The notes beneath the pieces are model-generated. The model was not told the DNA's origin. It ran no database searches and saw nothing but the letters and a program-made list of their open reading frames with translations. DNA of 64,000 nucleotides from Podarcis muralis (taxonomy: Eukaryota): NCBI RefSeq assembly GCF_964188315.1, contig NC_135667.1:18042001-18106000 (forward strand), in the 5' to 3' direction. Both the position numbers and the translations under genes were made by a program. Of the stretch, positions 43,441-55,234 are shown piece by piece (position 1 is the stretch's first letter; every line of letters begins with the position of its first letter).

Positions 43441-44009
43441 GGTCCTAATCTGGGCCTCAGATCATAACATCCTCTCACCTCCCTCCCCAAGCTTGCCTAA
43501 CCCTCAACTCTTTCCCAGAAAATACAGCTACCCTTGCAAGTCAGGGTACTGGGGGGGTGGGGAGCACAAAGCCCACCCACATTCTCCTCCAAGCCAGACA
43601 AATCTATTTCTTTAAAAGCAAAGAAAAGTAAAATATTTTCAAGCTGAAGAAAACCACGAACAATTAAAGCGGGGGGGGGGGGGGGATGCGCTTCACTACT
43701 GATGCCCCTTTAATAAACCTGCATTTGTATGGGTGTGGCAAGAGTCAATTAACCCAAAAGGGTGTAGCTTGAAAAAGGGCCATACTCAGACCCAATCACA
43801 ACTTATTTAAAACCACAGCCTCACCTCCTCAGCCCATTGCAATAGAGGGGGCACTTTACCTGCATAACAAGCAATAGCTACTTTGATAGGAAGCAGCTGA
43901 GCCCTCTGCGGTTACAGGGGAAAAAGAGGATCCTTTTCACATCTACTGCTGGCAAGTCAGGTGTCCCACATCTTATATTGGTGCAGCTGGTTTTTCCTGC
44001 CTAAGTGTA

Positions 44010-44305
44010 GAAGCTTACATTTGCCAATCTGTTAAGGTCATATTGAATCCTGATTCCATGTTGAGTGGCATTGGCTACCCCTCCCGGTTTGGTGTCACCT
44101 GGAAATTGGATGAAGGAATTGAGGGGATGCTCATCAAAGTCATTTATAAAGAGGCTGAACAACAATGGGCTCAGGATAGAACCCTGTGGCACCTCACTTG
44201 TCCCTTTTTTTTTGCAGGATAACTAGGAACCATTAGTGGACACTATTTGGGTTTGGTCAGTCAACCAGCTACAAATCCACCTAAAAGTTACCTCGTCCAG
44301 TCCTT
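44010..44305 (-). mobile_element. Degenerate CR1 RT fragment with an internal micro-inversion
   Basis: PQGSILSPLLFSLFIND...GDTKPGGVAN is homologous to ORF2 at about 2230-2400. Confidence 0.85.
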
Positions 44306-46696
44306 TACTGTTGCGTACAATTAATTATTATCAAATATAACTATCAATTGATGTTCCAGTCACTTGTCATTCATTTTAATACATTAATATTTTTGGTTGA
44401 AGACCTTTTCTCTGCATGCTTTTCCTACCACAAGTTTGCAATGCATACATCCCAACTTTAGAACGCTCTTTCCAAAGAGGTACGACTGGTGCTGACATAA
44501 CATTCTTTTCATTAGTAGGTTAATATATATTTATTTTTACAGGACATAGCAGAAGGACTTCATAATTATTTATATATGTTACAAAACTTATATACCGTTT
44601 GGAAAAAGAAACTACACTGCTTGTTGGTAGACACACACAGGTGAAAAAAAAGAATAAAATTATCAGTAAAATCAGTTAAAAGAAATATTTAAAACATTCA
44701 GAAAACAAACTAAACACATATCAACTGTCTATAAAATTGGATAGGCTTGCCTAAAAAAAGAGTTGCAATCAGACTCCAGTTCAGAAGAAATCAGACTAGG
44801 CAAATCTAAGGCAAGTTTCTTCTGTCTCTGCCCCTTTATGGAGGAGAAATATTGAAGAGGGTGCAATAGGTCATACAAGACCTGTGGATAGATGGGGAAT
44901 TCTCAGATGGTTCAATTCTAACCTTTGGAAGAAATGTTTGGGAGTTCTGGACACTTGAGCTTAGGAAGGAGGAGGCAGTGTTTTTGAAGTGTGCTTAATA
45001 GAACTGAGGCTTTCAAATTTAAGTGCCACCTCACAAACTGGCACAGAGGTGCAGGTAATGCTTAAAACAGCTTTCAGCTCAATATCCCGCCTGAAGCAGA
45101 GTCCAAATAGTGCCCCTGCCTCCAAGCCCAACACTTACATTTATTTATTTTTAAAATACCCCACTGAACAATTCAGATATTAATTCCTGCCTTCACCTTA
45201 TACCACTACGGGTCACCTCCAGGTGACCCTCCCTGCCCCGTACTCAGTTAAGTCTACCTGCACAATACAGCCACTCCATGAGGCTTTGTCAGTGGGTTCC
45301 CTGCAGGAGCGTGGTCCCTCAGCAGCGGCCCTACCATGACAAACCCTTGATACCAGTCGTGCCCTTCCCCACGCAATGGTGCCAAAGCAGGCTACTTCAC
45401 AGCAAGGCTGGCTGTTAAGGCATGTATTTCTTAGTTCTTATCCTCCATCCTCCTCCCTCAAATGCCCAACAGGCAATTGTCTAAGTTGGCATGACACACC
45501 ATTATTTTGCATCTAAAAGGACAGAACAGGCATTTTTCCTTCCTCTCACTTGCACAGTCGTGATTTCAACCAATCATTACAGTATTCCTATCCACCAGTG
45601 TGCCCTAACTAGCAATTTATACCAGCCCCCTCAAACATTAAAGGCAAACCTGGCTAACAGAATTTTACCTGAGAAGGCAGTCATTTTTAATATGCTGCAG
45701 CTGCCCCTTCTCTTGTTCTGCCCCCCCCCCCCACCTTCAGGCAGAGAACTCTCCTCTTCTGGAGTTGCTCCCTTTTTTCTAAATGGTTCTTATTAACAAC
45801 ATGATAAAAAATGATCACATAATTCATATTGTGCCAACATAGTGGTATGTGGTTTATCTAGCATTCCAAAAGGAGACAAAGGACCAGTTCTGAACAACAA
45901 AGAACACACATTTCATTCTGTCCCTCCCATCAGTTAATATTCATTCAATCATTTATTGTTATATCCTGCCCTTTGTCTATTCTGGAGCACTGGATGGCAT
46001 AACATTATAAAACAGGAGTTGAACAACATTGAAAATGAATAAAGCATCTAGAGTTACAGCAAAAAAATGCAAAAGAACAGAAGCTGTATATAACTACAGG
46101 ATCATGCATGAAAGCAATACTTTCATGATGAAAACACTTAAACAAATAAGAATTTCCGCTCCTCTCACTGGCCTGAGGTGCTAGTGTCTATGTCACTCTG
46201 GAAATCAGTTGTGTGAAGGCCGAGATTGTGGTTACTCACTGGTGAGGCAAAGGCATTCTGTGCCTGCCCACGAGCAAATTCTTCTTGATAATTACTGGAC
46301 ATGATCTAGGACTGAATTATGCTGGTCAAAACTGGTTCCGAGTTCGGCCTCAGGTTCAGCAAGGGGTAGGGGACTTGTGGCCTTCCAGATGTTGCCAGGC
46401 TACGGCTCCCATCATCCCTGACCAATGGCCATACTGGTTGGGGCCAATGGGAGATGGAGTCCAACAACATCTGGTGGCCTGCATGTTCCTTATTCCTGTA
46501 GGCCAAAGCTCCTGTTTCAGAGGAGCCATGATGTGGTGACTGTGAGGTAAATTGGTTGAGGACTGCTGTCTGACAATCTCTGTGTGTGGTTCCCAATCCA
46601 TCATTATGTTCCTTCCCATCCAAAGCAGCCACTGGAACCTGCGGTTTCAAACCAGACTCGGTCAGCTTAGCGGGATCCTGCTGATCCAGGATCCCT

Positions 46697-46836
46697 TCAT
46701 TTGGCCCAGCTCTCCTGATGCTTCTCGCTCCACCATGCTTCAGCTATGAAGAACAGGGCTAATAAGAGGACGCAGGCCCCGATCCCAAGTCGCAGTGAGT
46801 TGGCTGCGGTGAAATCCATGGCCTGGGAATGTGAGT
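46697..46836 (-). CDS. Ig receptor TM/cytoplasmic exon
   Basis: tttctccag|AC TCA...; DSHSQAMDFTAANSLRLGIGACVLLLALFFIAEAWWSEKHQESWAK*. Confidence 0.85.
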
Positions 46837-49800
46837 CTGGAGAAATTAGAAAATGCATATCAATGTAAAAATAGTTTTCGGTATACAGCAGGCTTTCTTC
46901 TTTCATCAATCACTACGCAGCCTGAGAACTGTCCCCATGAAGATGGATTTGCCCCTGAGCAGGCGGCAAATGAATGGGGCATTAGCACTACGGGAGCCGC
47001 CTTGAATCCACTTGCCTGTGCTTGGTTTCCTTGGCAGCCATTAACTGGCAGTGCCATCCTGTTCAAAGGGGCTTCTCCCAGCTAAGTGTGCTTATCACCG
47101 CAGCCTGAATCATCTGTGCTAATATAATCTGAAAAGGGCAACATTCCAGTGGCGACAATGACACCACCAGAACCATCGCACAGCAATCCTTTACATACGT
47201 GGAAAGCACTTGTCGAGTGCAGGGGGGCGGGGGAAGAGAAGTGGCGTGACGTCTAGATGTGAAACATCACATGAAATTATTCCAGTGCTGTGTTCCTTTA
47301 TGGAAAAGCAGCAACTAATGGCGGCTTCTTACTGTGCGTCCCCTGTAAGCCTTTCAACCACACACATGCCCGTGTGATTGCCACAGATGAAAATTTGCAT
47401 ACAGCTGTATGTTGCTTTTTCCTACAGAATTTTCCATGTAGGGAAAATAGCAACGTTAAAGGAGACATGCAGCATGACCTATCAATCAACTTGCATACCA
47501 ATGACCAGCTGTGGGTAGCACCAAAGGACAGAGTGGTAAACCTTGTTTTGCTGCTACATAGGATTGCAGAAACAGAAGTATGTGTTCTCCGTCCCACCCA
47601 CCCCACACCCATCCAAGTTATTTTCTGTGGGAATATGGTTGTGTTTGATTCTCCAGCCAGTCATTCATTTTGTGGGCATCCACTCAACCTCACAATATCT
47701 TCCATACTTCCATATTCAAATCCATTTTTAGATTGGAAGCTCCTTGGGACCAGGGACTTACCCTCTTTTACTCTGTAAAGCACCATGAATGGTACAATTA
47801 TCATCATCACCTAAGGCTGTGCGCTATACACATTCAAACCACTTTTATTTCCCTCAAAGAATTCTGGGCCCTGTAGTTTGTTCCTTGCAGGGTTACAATT
47901 CCCAGCAAACTACAGTGCCCAGAATTCTTTGGGGGCAGAATGTGTGTGGAATGTGCTTCAAAGGTACACAGGCTAGCTCTCTGCTAGAGTACACTTCTCC
48001 CATCCCCCCTGGACTCACCTTCTGTCCACGCTTCAGTGTCATTGAGCTGATATTCCTTATATTGGCAGCTCAGCTCTCCTATGGTGATGTTAATGGCCTC
48101 TTCTGTGAGGTTGAAGCTTGCAATCGCCCCATCTTGCCAAGCTCTGGTTTCAGCAAAGAGCTGCCCACCTTGGTAAAGATAAAACCAGCCCTCAGCAGCA
48201 GAAGGGACTGAGCAATTCACTCGATATCTTCCCGCAGAGTCCACCAACACCTCCAGGTAATTGGGGACCACAGTTGCATCTGGAAGAGGAGAAGTGTGAA
48301 AGCAAAGAGATATAGCTTAAGGGATGCTCAGTGTTGAACTGGCTTTCTTTCTTTTTCTTTTTTAAAAACACATTTGTAATCCTTGTAGCCATACATACAT
48401 ATTCTAAGTAGAAGATTAGTACTTTACAGCCACTGCAAACATTATGGGAATTTCGCATAATTCAAGGTTGATGGCTGAGAATCAAGTAGGACTCTCAGAA
48501 TGCTCCAGGATGCAACAGATAAATGGAAGGGCAAGGAATGCGTAAGCAAAATAAATTGCAATTCTTTAAAGAAAAAAGTGGGCATGATTAAAATGTGACC
48601 AGTCCAGTCTTTCCCTAACCTATCCTTCCCTCCCCCGCAACCTTTGGCACTTTGTGCAAAATTGGGAGCTCAACACTAAATGATACAAAAAGTGTAAATG
48701 CACAAAATCTCCATTGTAGGATCAGGATAGTTCAGACATTTTAGTAAAATCTGAGTACAGTTATTAATGTTTCACTTTGGGTTATAGGGCTACATTCAAC
48801 TGCCTTTTACTCAACAAAGGCCCATTAAAATTAATGACCATGCCTAAGTTCCATTGCTTTCAGTTGCCTATCCTGAGTAAAAGTTAGCTGAATACAACTC
48901 ATAATTTATTTTTAGCTGTCATCTGCTTTTCGGGCTTGGGAGTCCTGGAATGTCAGTGGACAAATGAGGTGACTGTAGCTTTTGTCAAGAAATGCTTTTG
49001 CAAGACCTATTTTCTTGATTACTGGAATTCTCTGGAGTTTTCTATTTCCAAACTATGTAAAAAGTAACAAGTCCATGAGTCTTAACGCTGAAACTCTTCC
49101 TGTGCCTTGATTGTGGGAAATTGGGAAAATATTTGCAGATAGAAAGATGAGAAGTCCTCTGCTGGCATTATAATTAGGAGTTAAGTATGCAAGCTGGGGG
49201 AGCACTGAGGACGACTGAAGCTAGCTCAACTCCCAGGCTGCATTTCTTGTCACTCTCCAACTTGTAGAAGATGCACTAGATGCCCTAAAGCCCTAAACGG
49301 CCTTGGCCCAGTATACCTGAAGGAGCATCTCCACCCCATCGTTCAGCCCGGACACTGAGGTCCAGCTTCGAGGGCCTTCTAGCGGTTCCCTCACTGCGAG
49401 AAGTGAAGTTGCAGGGAACCAGGTGGAGGGCCTTCTTGGTAGTGGCACCTGCCCTGTGGAATGCCCTCCCATCAGATGTCAAGGAAATAAACAACTATTT
49501 GACTTTTAGAAGACACCTGAAGACAGCCCTGTTTAGGAAGGTTTTTAAGGTTTGATGGTTTATCGCGTTTTTAATATTCTGTTGGGAGCCACCCAGAGTG
49601 GCTGGGGAAACCCAGCCAGATGGGCAGGGTGTAAATAATAAATTATTATTATTATTATATAAGGTGGGGAGGAACTTTCTGTCATGTCCTAAAGCACATG
49701 GGGAACCTCTATGGGAGGGGGTGGCTTTCTGCTTCAGAAGTGCACTCTCCATTAGTTGGAGGGCAGCAGGGACAGTAATGGGGGGTGGAGGTGGAATCAT

Positions 49801-51200
49801 CGTGCTTATCCCTGGTACATCACACTCATGTATTAATTTACTTAACTCTCAGTTATAATGCCTGAAGAGAGGTGTCTAGCTAGCCCAATGTTGCCCTTCC
49901 TCCAAGGAGTTCAGGCTGATGCACATTGTACTCCCTTTTATTCCCATGGCGCCCTCGTGAGGTAAATTAGACTGTGACAAAGTGGGTGGCCTTATTATCA
50001 GTGAGCATCATGGCTGAGTGGGGATTTCAATCCAGGCATTCTTGTTCCCAATCTGCCACTCTATCCAACACATCACACTGGCTTTCTGACTGAATATACT
50101 GCTTAAATCTCAATCCAGAAAGGATGATGGCCCATATCTACAACAGCTTCCCCTTGCATCAGTTCAGTTCCCTTCCTCTCAACCTCTGCTGTCTCCCAAA
50201 CCAGCAAGTGCCATCCTTAAAACCACTCCTCCACCTAACAAGGTCCCCTCTTTTTTTCTGGCAGGGATCCTTTAGCAGCTCCACAACAAGCAGAAGTTCA
50301 ATGCGTTCTGGTTTTTCCCATGCCAGAAAAAGAAAGAAAAACCCAGCCAATTTAATTTCTGCTTACCATATGTCTGCTGAAGGCACAGAAAAAGAAAGTT
50401 GGAAATTCTGCCCCCAAGATAGCAAAAGGTTTCCTCACCGATAACTTTCAGCTGCACTGGGTCACTGGCGTTTGACCAGATGATGGGCTCTATGGTGCTG
50501 TGGTAATAACAGGTGTATCGGCCTGCATCGGCCATGGTGACATTCTTCAAGGAGAATTCAGCAGTGTCAGAGTCCCCTCGAGGAGTGACCTCTATCCGAA
50601 AGTCCCTGGCCTGGTAGAGGACAAAGTTGACCCCTAGCAATGGAGCCTGACAACAGACAGTCCAGTCCTGCCCTGCAAGGACCTCAGTACTGGGACTCGC
50701 AGAGATGGATGGCTTGGGGTAATGGTCTGTGAGTGGGAGAGAAAAGCTGTTTACTGGGCCTCAGACCTTATTCTCTGCTGTTAATAAAAATAATAATAGG
50801 TTGCTTCTTTTTGCATAGTAATACAAGGTGGCCGGAAAAAACATCAATATCATTTTTAAAACATTCCGCATGAAACAGCAAAAACCAATTCATATCAAAA
50901 TACACAAGCGGCATACAGTGGTACCTTGGTTCCCAAACGCCAAAACCCCGGAAGTAAGTGTTCCGGTTATCAAATGTTTTTTGGAAGCCGAACGTCCGAT
51001 GCAGTTGTCGACTATTGTTTCCGGGGTGCCTGCACCAATCAGAAGCTTCACTTTGGTTTTTGAGCATTTCAGACGTCAAACAGACTTCCAGAATGGATTG
51101 AATTTGGTGCTTTTGTTTTTGCTGTTTATTTTGCGTTTTTGTTTTTGAGGCTTTTTAGGTTAATTTGTTTTTGTGACTGTGTGGAACCCAGTTCAGCTAC

Positions 51201-51234
<34 letters not shown>

Positions 51235-53533
51235 CATGACTGTGGAAATGGATAAAAGCTCCCCGGGGATCCAAACAATGACTATCATCAGTGCAGGTAA
51301 GGGGGGGAAATAATTTTAATTTTTATCATCTACAATACTGTCATATTTATTTTATAGTGCAGTATATTGATTATTGCTTCCATTTTATGGATCAATCGTC
51401 TTCCCAGATAGTAAAATTCATGTTAAATTGCTGTTTTAGGGGTTGTTTTTAAAAGTCTGAAACGGATCAATCCGTTTTGCATTACTTTCTATGGGAAAGT
51501 GCGCCTTGGTTTTGGAACACTTTGGTTTTGGAACAGACTTCCAGAACAGATTAAGTTTGAGAACCAAGGTACCACTATACACACTATACCTTTAAAGCAT
51601 GTTTGAAACACACACACCCTCAGAGAAGTCTGGGCACTGTAGTTTGTTAAGGGTGCTGGGAATTGTAACTCTGTAAGCAGTAAACTAAGGTGCCCAGAAT
51701 TCTTGTAGGTTAAGAACATGCTTCAAATGTGCTTTAAAGGTATATAGTGTGTTTGCAAAATTACAACAGTAAAAACAGTAGCGACAAACCTTTGGAAAGA
51801 GAAGGGGTTCAAACATACTGCCTTTGTGTGCTTCTCTGTTTATTATTTACATTTACCGTATATTATAAATGTGCTCAAAGCAGCTTGCAGCAGAACAACA
51901 AAAATGCAAATCAGTACAGTATATGTTTAGAATAGCTCAAATACTAAATCACTTCAAAATATAGTATGACAATCCAGCAAATAACTCTGTGTGATTATAT
52001 GAACATTGCAACATTTTAAAGCCATCATAAAATGAACTATCAATCATTAAAGGTATCAATCAATTACAAATATAATGCACATTCCAGTGCAATTGCATGT
52101 CAACAATAATATAACCAGCAGCTGCTGCATGGCAGAACCATACCAAATGGTACAAAAACTAGCAAAATATGTGAAAATTTCATAGAGTCTTAAATGTTTA
52201 TGTTTCCATAGTGACCAGAAGCTTGAACATATGTTATAAAATACATAGTAATAAATAGATCTATACTGTAAAGTGTACAAATGATTTGTAAATGCTAAAA
52301 GTTAAAAGTGCACACATTTCATAGCAGCTTGATCGTGTAAGTATAGGGTATAGTATAAGCAATCCTAGGGTTGCTATATTCCTGACACTCACAAAGTAAG
52401 TTGACCTTTTTTAAAGGAAGACCCAAAATTGTTCAGCTTTTTGGGAACAAACCCTTGTTGTTGAGCTTTTTTAGGGAAACCTCCCCCCCAAAATAGTGAT
52501 TTTAAGCTTTTGGAGCTGTTTCTGTTGCTTTTTCCTTCGCGTTGCCATACACACAGGTTTCCCCTGTCATTGCAGATTCGGCAAAATCCCCCTGATGCCA
52601 TTTTTACACCCGAAAACCAGGACATGTCAATAATTTTCCTGACATATGGCAAGCCTAAATAATCATAACAAGTATTCAAAAAAAATCAACCCCTTCTCAT
52701 CAGCCTTCCTCATAGGGTGTCATCTCCATCAAGCTCAAGATCCTGACTGATGGAATCCAACAATGTTGGGAGAGCCACAGGTTCCTCATCCTTGCTAAAG
52801 GCCAGCATCATTGCCCTAAGTCCTTCACTACCATAAAGTCCTACCTATTCCTAGACCAGTCACAGTCCCATTGGTTCTCACACCAACCCTCCTTGCATGC
52901 ACCACTTTGGGCCTATTATTGCGCATGACCTTCCCAGTATGGTCACTGAGTTGTACGGCCCAACACTTACCCTCTGTGATGTTTGCAAGGCTGCTGAGCG
53001 GGGAGCGAATGGGCTTCCCTGCCTCCCAGATCTCATAGCTGCAGCGGAATTGGTCCCTGGGCCCAAAGTTGTGCACCTCAAAGGTCACTTCAGATTGGGT
53101 GGGCAAGGCTTTCTTTTCAGCCACGGCCTCCGGGCTCCCTCCCTGGTACAGGTAGAACCAGCTGCCGAAATATGCCCCTTGAACCGTACATCGGAGGTGG
53201 TGCTTCTCATCTGCATCCGGAGCCTGGAGCCAGAAGATGGAGGGCTTCGGCAGGGCTGAAAGAGAGAAGGGCCGATTGCCAAAACCCAGGAATGCTGATT
53301 CAAGATCCCATGTCTACAGTTCCCAGGATTCTTTGAGGCATGTGGGCTTTGAATGCGCTTTAAATGCATGGTGTCTATGCAACTCAAATCCTCGCTCTCG
53401 TCTAACTACCCACCCTGCAGTCCCAGAGTTCAATGCCCCTCTGATTTGACCAGCTGAATAGAAACTTCCCGCCCCATTGAGCTAAACTATACTCACAGAT
53501 CGTAAGCAGTAAGAAGGGGAGAGTAACAGGCAT
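46697..53533 (-). CDS. OSCAR/LILRA-like activating Ig-superfamily receptor; exons 53533-53497 (leader, tentative), 53255-52971 (D1), 50726-50439 (D2), 48279-48019 (D3), 46836-46697 (TM/tail); about 336 aa
   Basis: All exons are phase 1 with GT-AG sites. LRC-type Ig motifs (LPKPSI, YPKPSIS, FVLY, DAGRYTCYY, WSxxSDPVxL). TM DFTAANSLRLGIGACVLLL with a conserved Arg and a short tail. Head-to-head with NDUFA3, as OSCAR is in mammals. Confidence 0.8.
48019..48279 (-). CDS. Ig receptor domain 3 exon (short, divergent)
   Basis: cttccag|AT...GAAG|gtgagt; RVNCSVP...GWFYLYQGG...ELSCQY; 261 nt. Confidence 0.82.
49280..49657 (+). mobile_element. L2-type LINE 3' end
   Basis: AAAGCCCTAAACGGCCTTGGCCCAGTATACCTGAAGGAGC... 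(RAFSVVAP-LWN-LP-like region) and a 3' UTR ending in (ATT)n. Confidence 0.8.
49900..50085 (-). mobile_element. MIR/CORE-type SINE fragment
   Basis: CCCTCGTGAGGTAAATTAGACTG...GTGAGCATCATGGCTGAGTGGGGATTTCAATCC, homologous to 14375. Confidence 0.55.
50439..50726 (-). CDS. Ig receptor domain 2 exon
   Basis: cacag|AC CAT TAC CCC AAG...ATC G|gtgagg; HYPKPSISASPSTEVLAGQDWTVCCQAP...DAGRYTCYYHS...WSNASDPVQLKVI; 288 nt. Confidence 0.9.
50916..51577. mobile_element. Tc1/mariner (Tigger-like) non-autonomous element containing a (GATT)n microsatellite (51201-51234)
   Basis: TIRs CAGTGGTACCTTGGTT / AACCAAGGTACCACT(A), TA flanks. Confidence 0.8.
52366..52657. mobile_element. Probable hAT-type MITE
   Basis: TIRs TAGGGTTGCTATA / TATGGCAAGCCTA. 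TSD not convincing. Confidence 0.5.
52971..53255 (-). CDS. Ig receptor domain 1 exon
   Basis: ctctttcag|CC CTG CCG AAG...GAG G|gtaagt; LPKPSIFW...LRCTV...SWFYLYQGG...FRCSYE...SPLS; 285 nt. Confidence 0.88.
53497..53533 (-). CDS. Candidate leader exon of the Ig receptor (MPVTLPFLLLTI)
   Basis: 37 nt, phase 1, donor gtgagt. Size and hydrophobicity resemble LRC leader exon 1. Confidence 0.55.
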
Positions 53534-53644
53534 CCTTAAAACATGCAGAGTCCTCAAATAAGAATCTGAGTGTCTGGACATCCCAGTATATAAATATGAT
53601 GCCCAGGAAATGATGATCCATCATCAGTCATAATGTTGGGTTGG

Positions 53645-53646
<2 letters not shown>

Positions 53647-53684
<38 letters not shown>
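53647..53684. repeat. (GA)n microsatellite
   Basis: Seen directly, about 110 bp upstream of the candidate Ig-receptor ATG. Confidence 0.95.
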
Positions 53685-53687
<3 letters not shown>

Positions 53688-54423
53688 AAAAGGACAGTTC
53701 CCTTTCTGACAAAGGCAGCAATAAATGGCTTCTTGTTTGATGTTTTCAGTTGCTCTAAAGACAGGGGTATAATTCTCAGAGTGGTTTAACAGTCAATTCC
53801 TCTTCACAGGGTACTCTGGAAATGGTAGTTGTCTGCGGGGAATAGGGGCCTCCGGACTACTGTCAGCACCCTTAACAAACTTTAGCACCTAGAATTATTT
53901 GGGGGAAGCCATGACTGTTTGAAGTGCTTTAAGTGTGTGGTTTGTGTGGCCTAGAGGCAGCAAAAAATTGGAAGCCAGAGATTCAGTAAAAGTACACTGG
54001 CTCCTTTCTGTAGCTGCAGTATCCTCCTCCCCAACTTGCTTCTGCTTCAAGGTAGCTTTATAAGGAAAACTTCATGCCATATGCGTCTGCAATAATTTTG
54101 CCACACATCGTACACACTCAGCCTTTTGTTCCTTTGTCTGTTGTTTCAACAACAGCACGGCTGCACATCCCTGAAGGCAACATCTTGGCAGCAGTCTGCT
54201 TTCAACAAATACCGGTATCTTGTTCTGCCTTTGTGCACACTATTGCCAACTTTTGTTCACACAATGCAGTATGGACTGCTATCTAAAAATAAACCCATGC
54301 CTACCTATGTACACACACCGACTTTCATATTTCATTATAGATCTGTGGGTGCTAAATGCTTGTATTTAATAAATGTTAGAATTTAATTGGAACTGGTATG
54401 TTAGAACTGGGAAATAGCTAGAA

Positions 54424-54660
54424 CAGTGGTTCCCAACCTTTTTTTGGCTATGCCCCACCTAAGCATCTCTAAAATCCTGCAGCCCCCCCCCCCCCCCCGC
54501 CGTGACATATACTGTAATTCTTATTATTCAAAAAGTAAACTCCTATTCACATGGAGGAAGCCTAAAAGGCCATTAACTGTTAATAACTCATTCTCGAATT
54601 CCCCCCCCCCAAATCAAATTGCCCCCCTGTGAGGCATGTGCCCCATGTTGGGAACCATGG
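54424..54660. mobile_element. hAT-Charlie-type MITE
   Basis: TIRs CAGTGGTTCCCAAC / GTTGGGAACCATGG. TSD AGCTAGAA / AGCTAGAC (7/8), NNCTAGAN-type target. Confidence 0.75.
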
Positions 54661-55008
54661 AGCTAGACCCAAGTGTGCATTGGGGTAGTAAGAGGTGTGA
54701 TGGACCCACCGATAAGCTTGTGTTATTAGCACACATAAAAGCTAGTTAAGTAGGCACACTTGCTGGGTTGTGTATTGGACAGTGTAATCCTAGTTAATTT
54801 GACAAGTGTTAATGAAGTCAGGCAAACTTGGGTGTTAGAATGCAAATAAATGGAGTCCTCCCTCTGTAGATAAAGCAGGGGGGAATTAATGTAACCAGGA
54901 GGCAGAGAGAGAGCATCATTAACCATTAACCCCAAAATTTGGGATCCTCTCCAAACTTTTGTAGGGTTTTGTAATAATTTTGTAGAGTTTTGTAGAACGA
55001 TCCATGTA

Positions 55009-55234
55009 CAGTGGTACCTTGGGTTAAGAACTTAATTCGTTCCGGAGGTCCATTCTTAACTTGAAACTGTTCTTAACCTGAAGCACCACTTTAACTAATG
55101 GGGCCTCCCGCTGCTGCCGTGCCGCTGCCGCACAATTACTGTTCTCATCCTGAAGCAAAGTTCTTAACCTGAGGTACTATTTCTTGGTTAGCGGAGTCTG
55201 TAACCTGAAGCATATGTAACCCGAGGTACCACTG
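55009..55234 (+). mobile_element. Tc1/mariner (Tigger-like) MITE
   Basis: Same family as 4321. TIRs and TA flanks. Confidence 0.88.

Noticed and set aside
53414-53453. Candidate leader mini-exon for the Ig receptor
   Set aside because: At 40 nt it breaks the frame, and the upstream intron would be only 43 nt.
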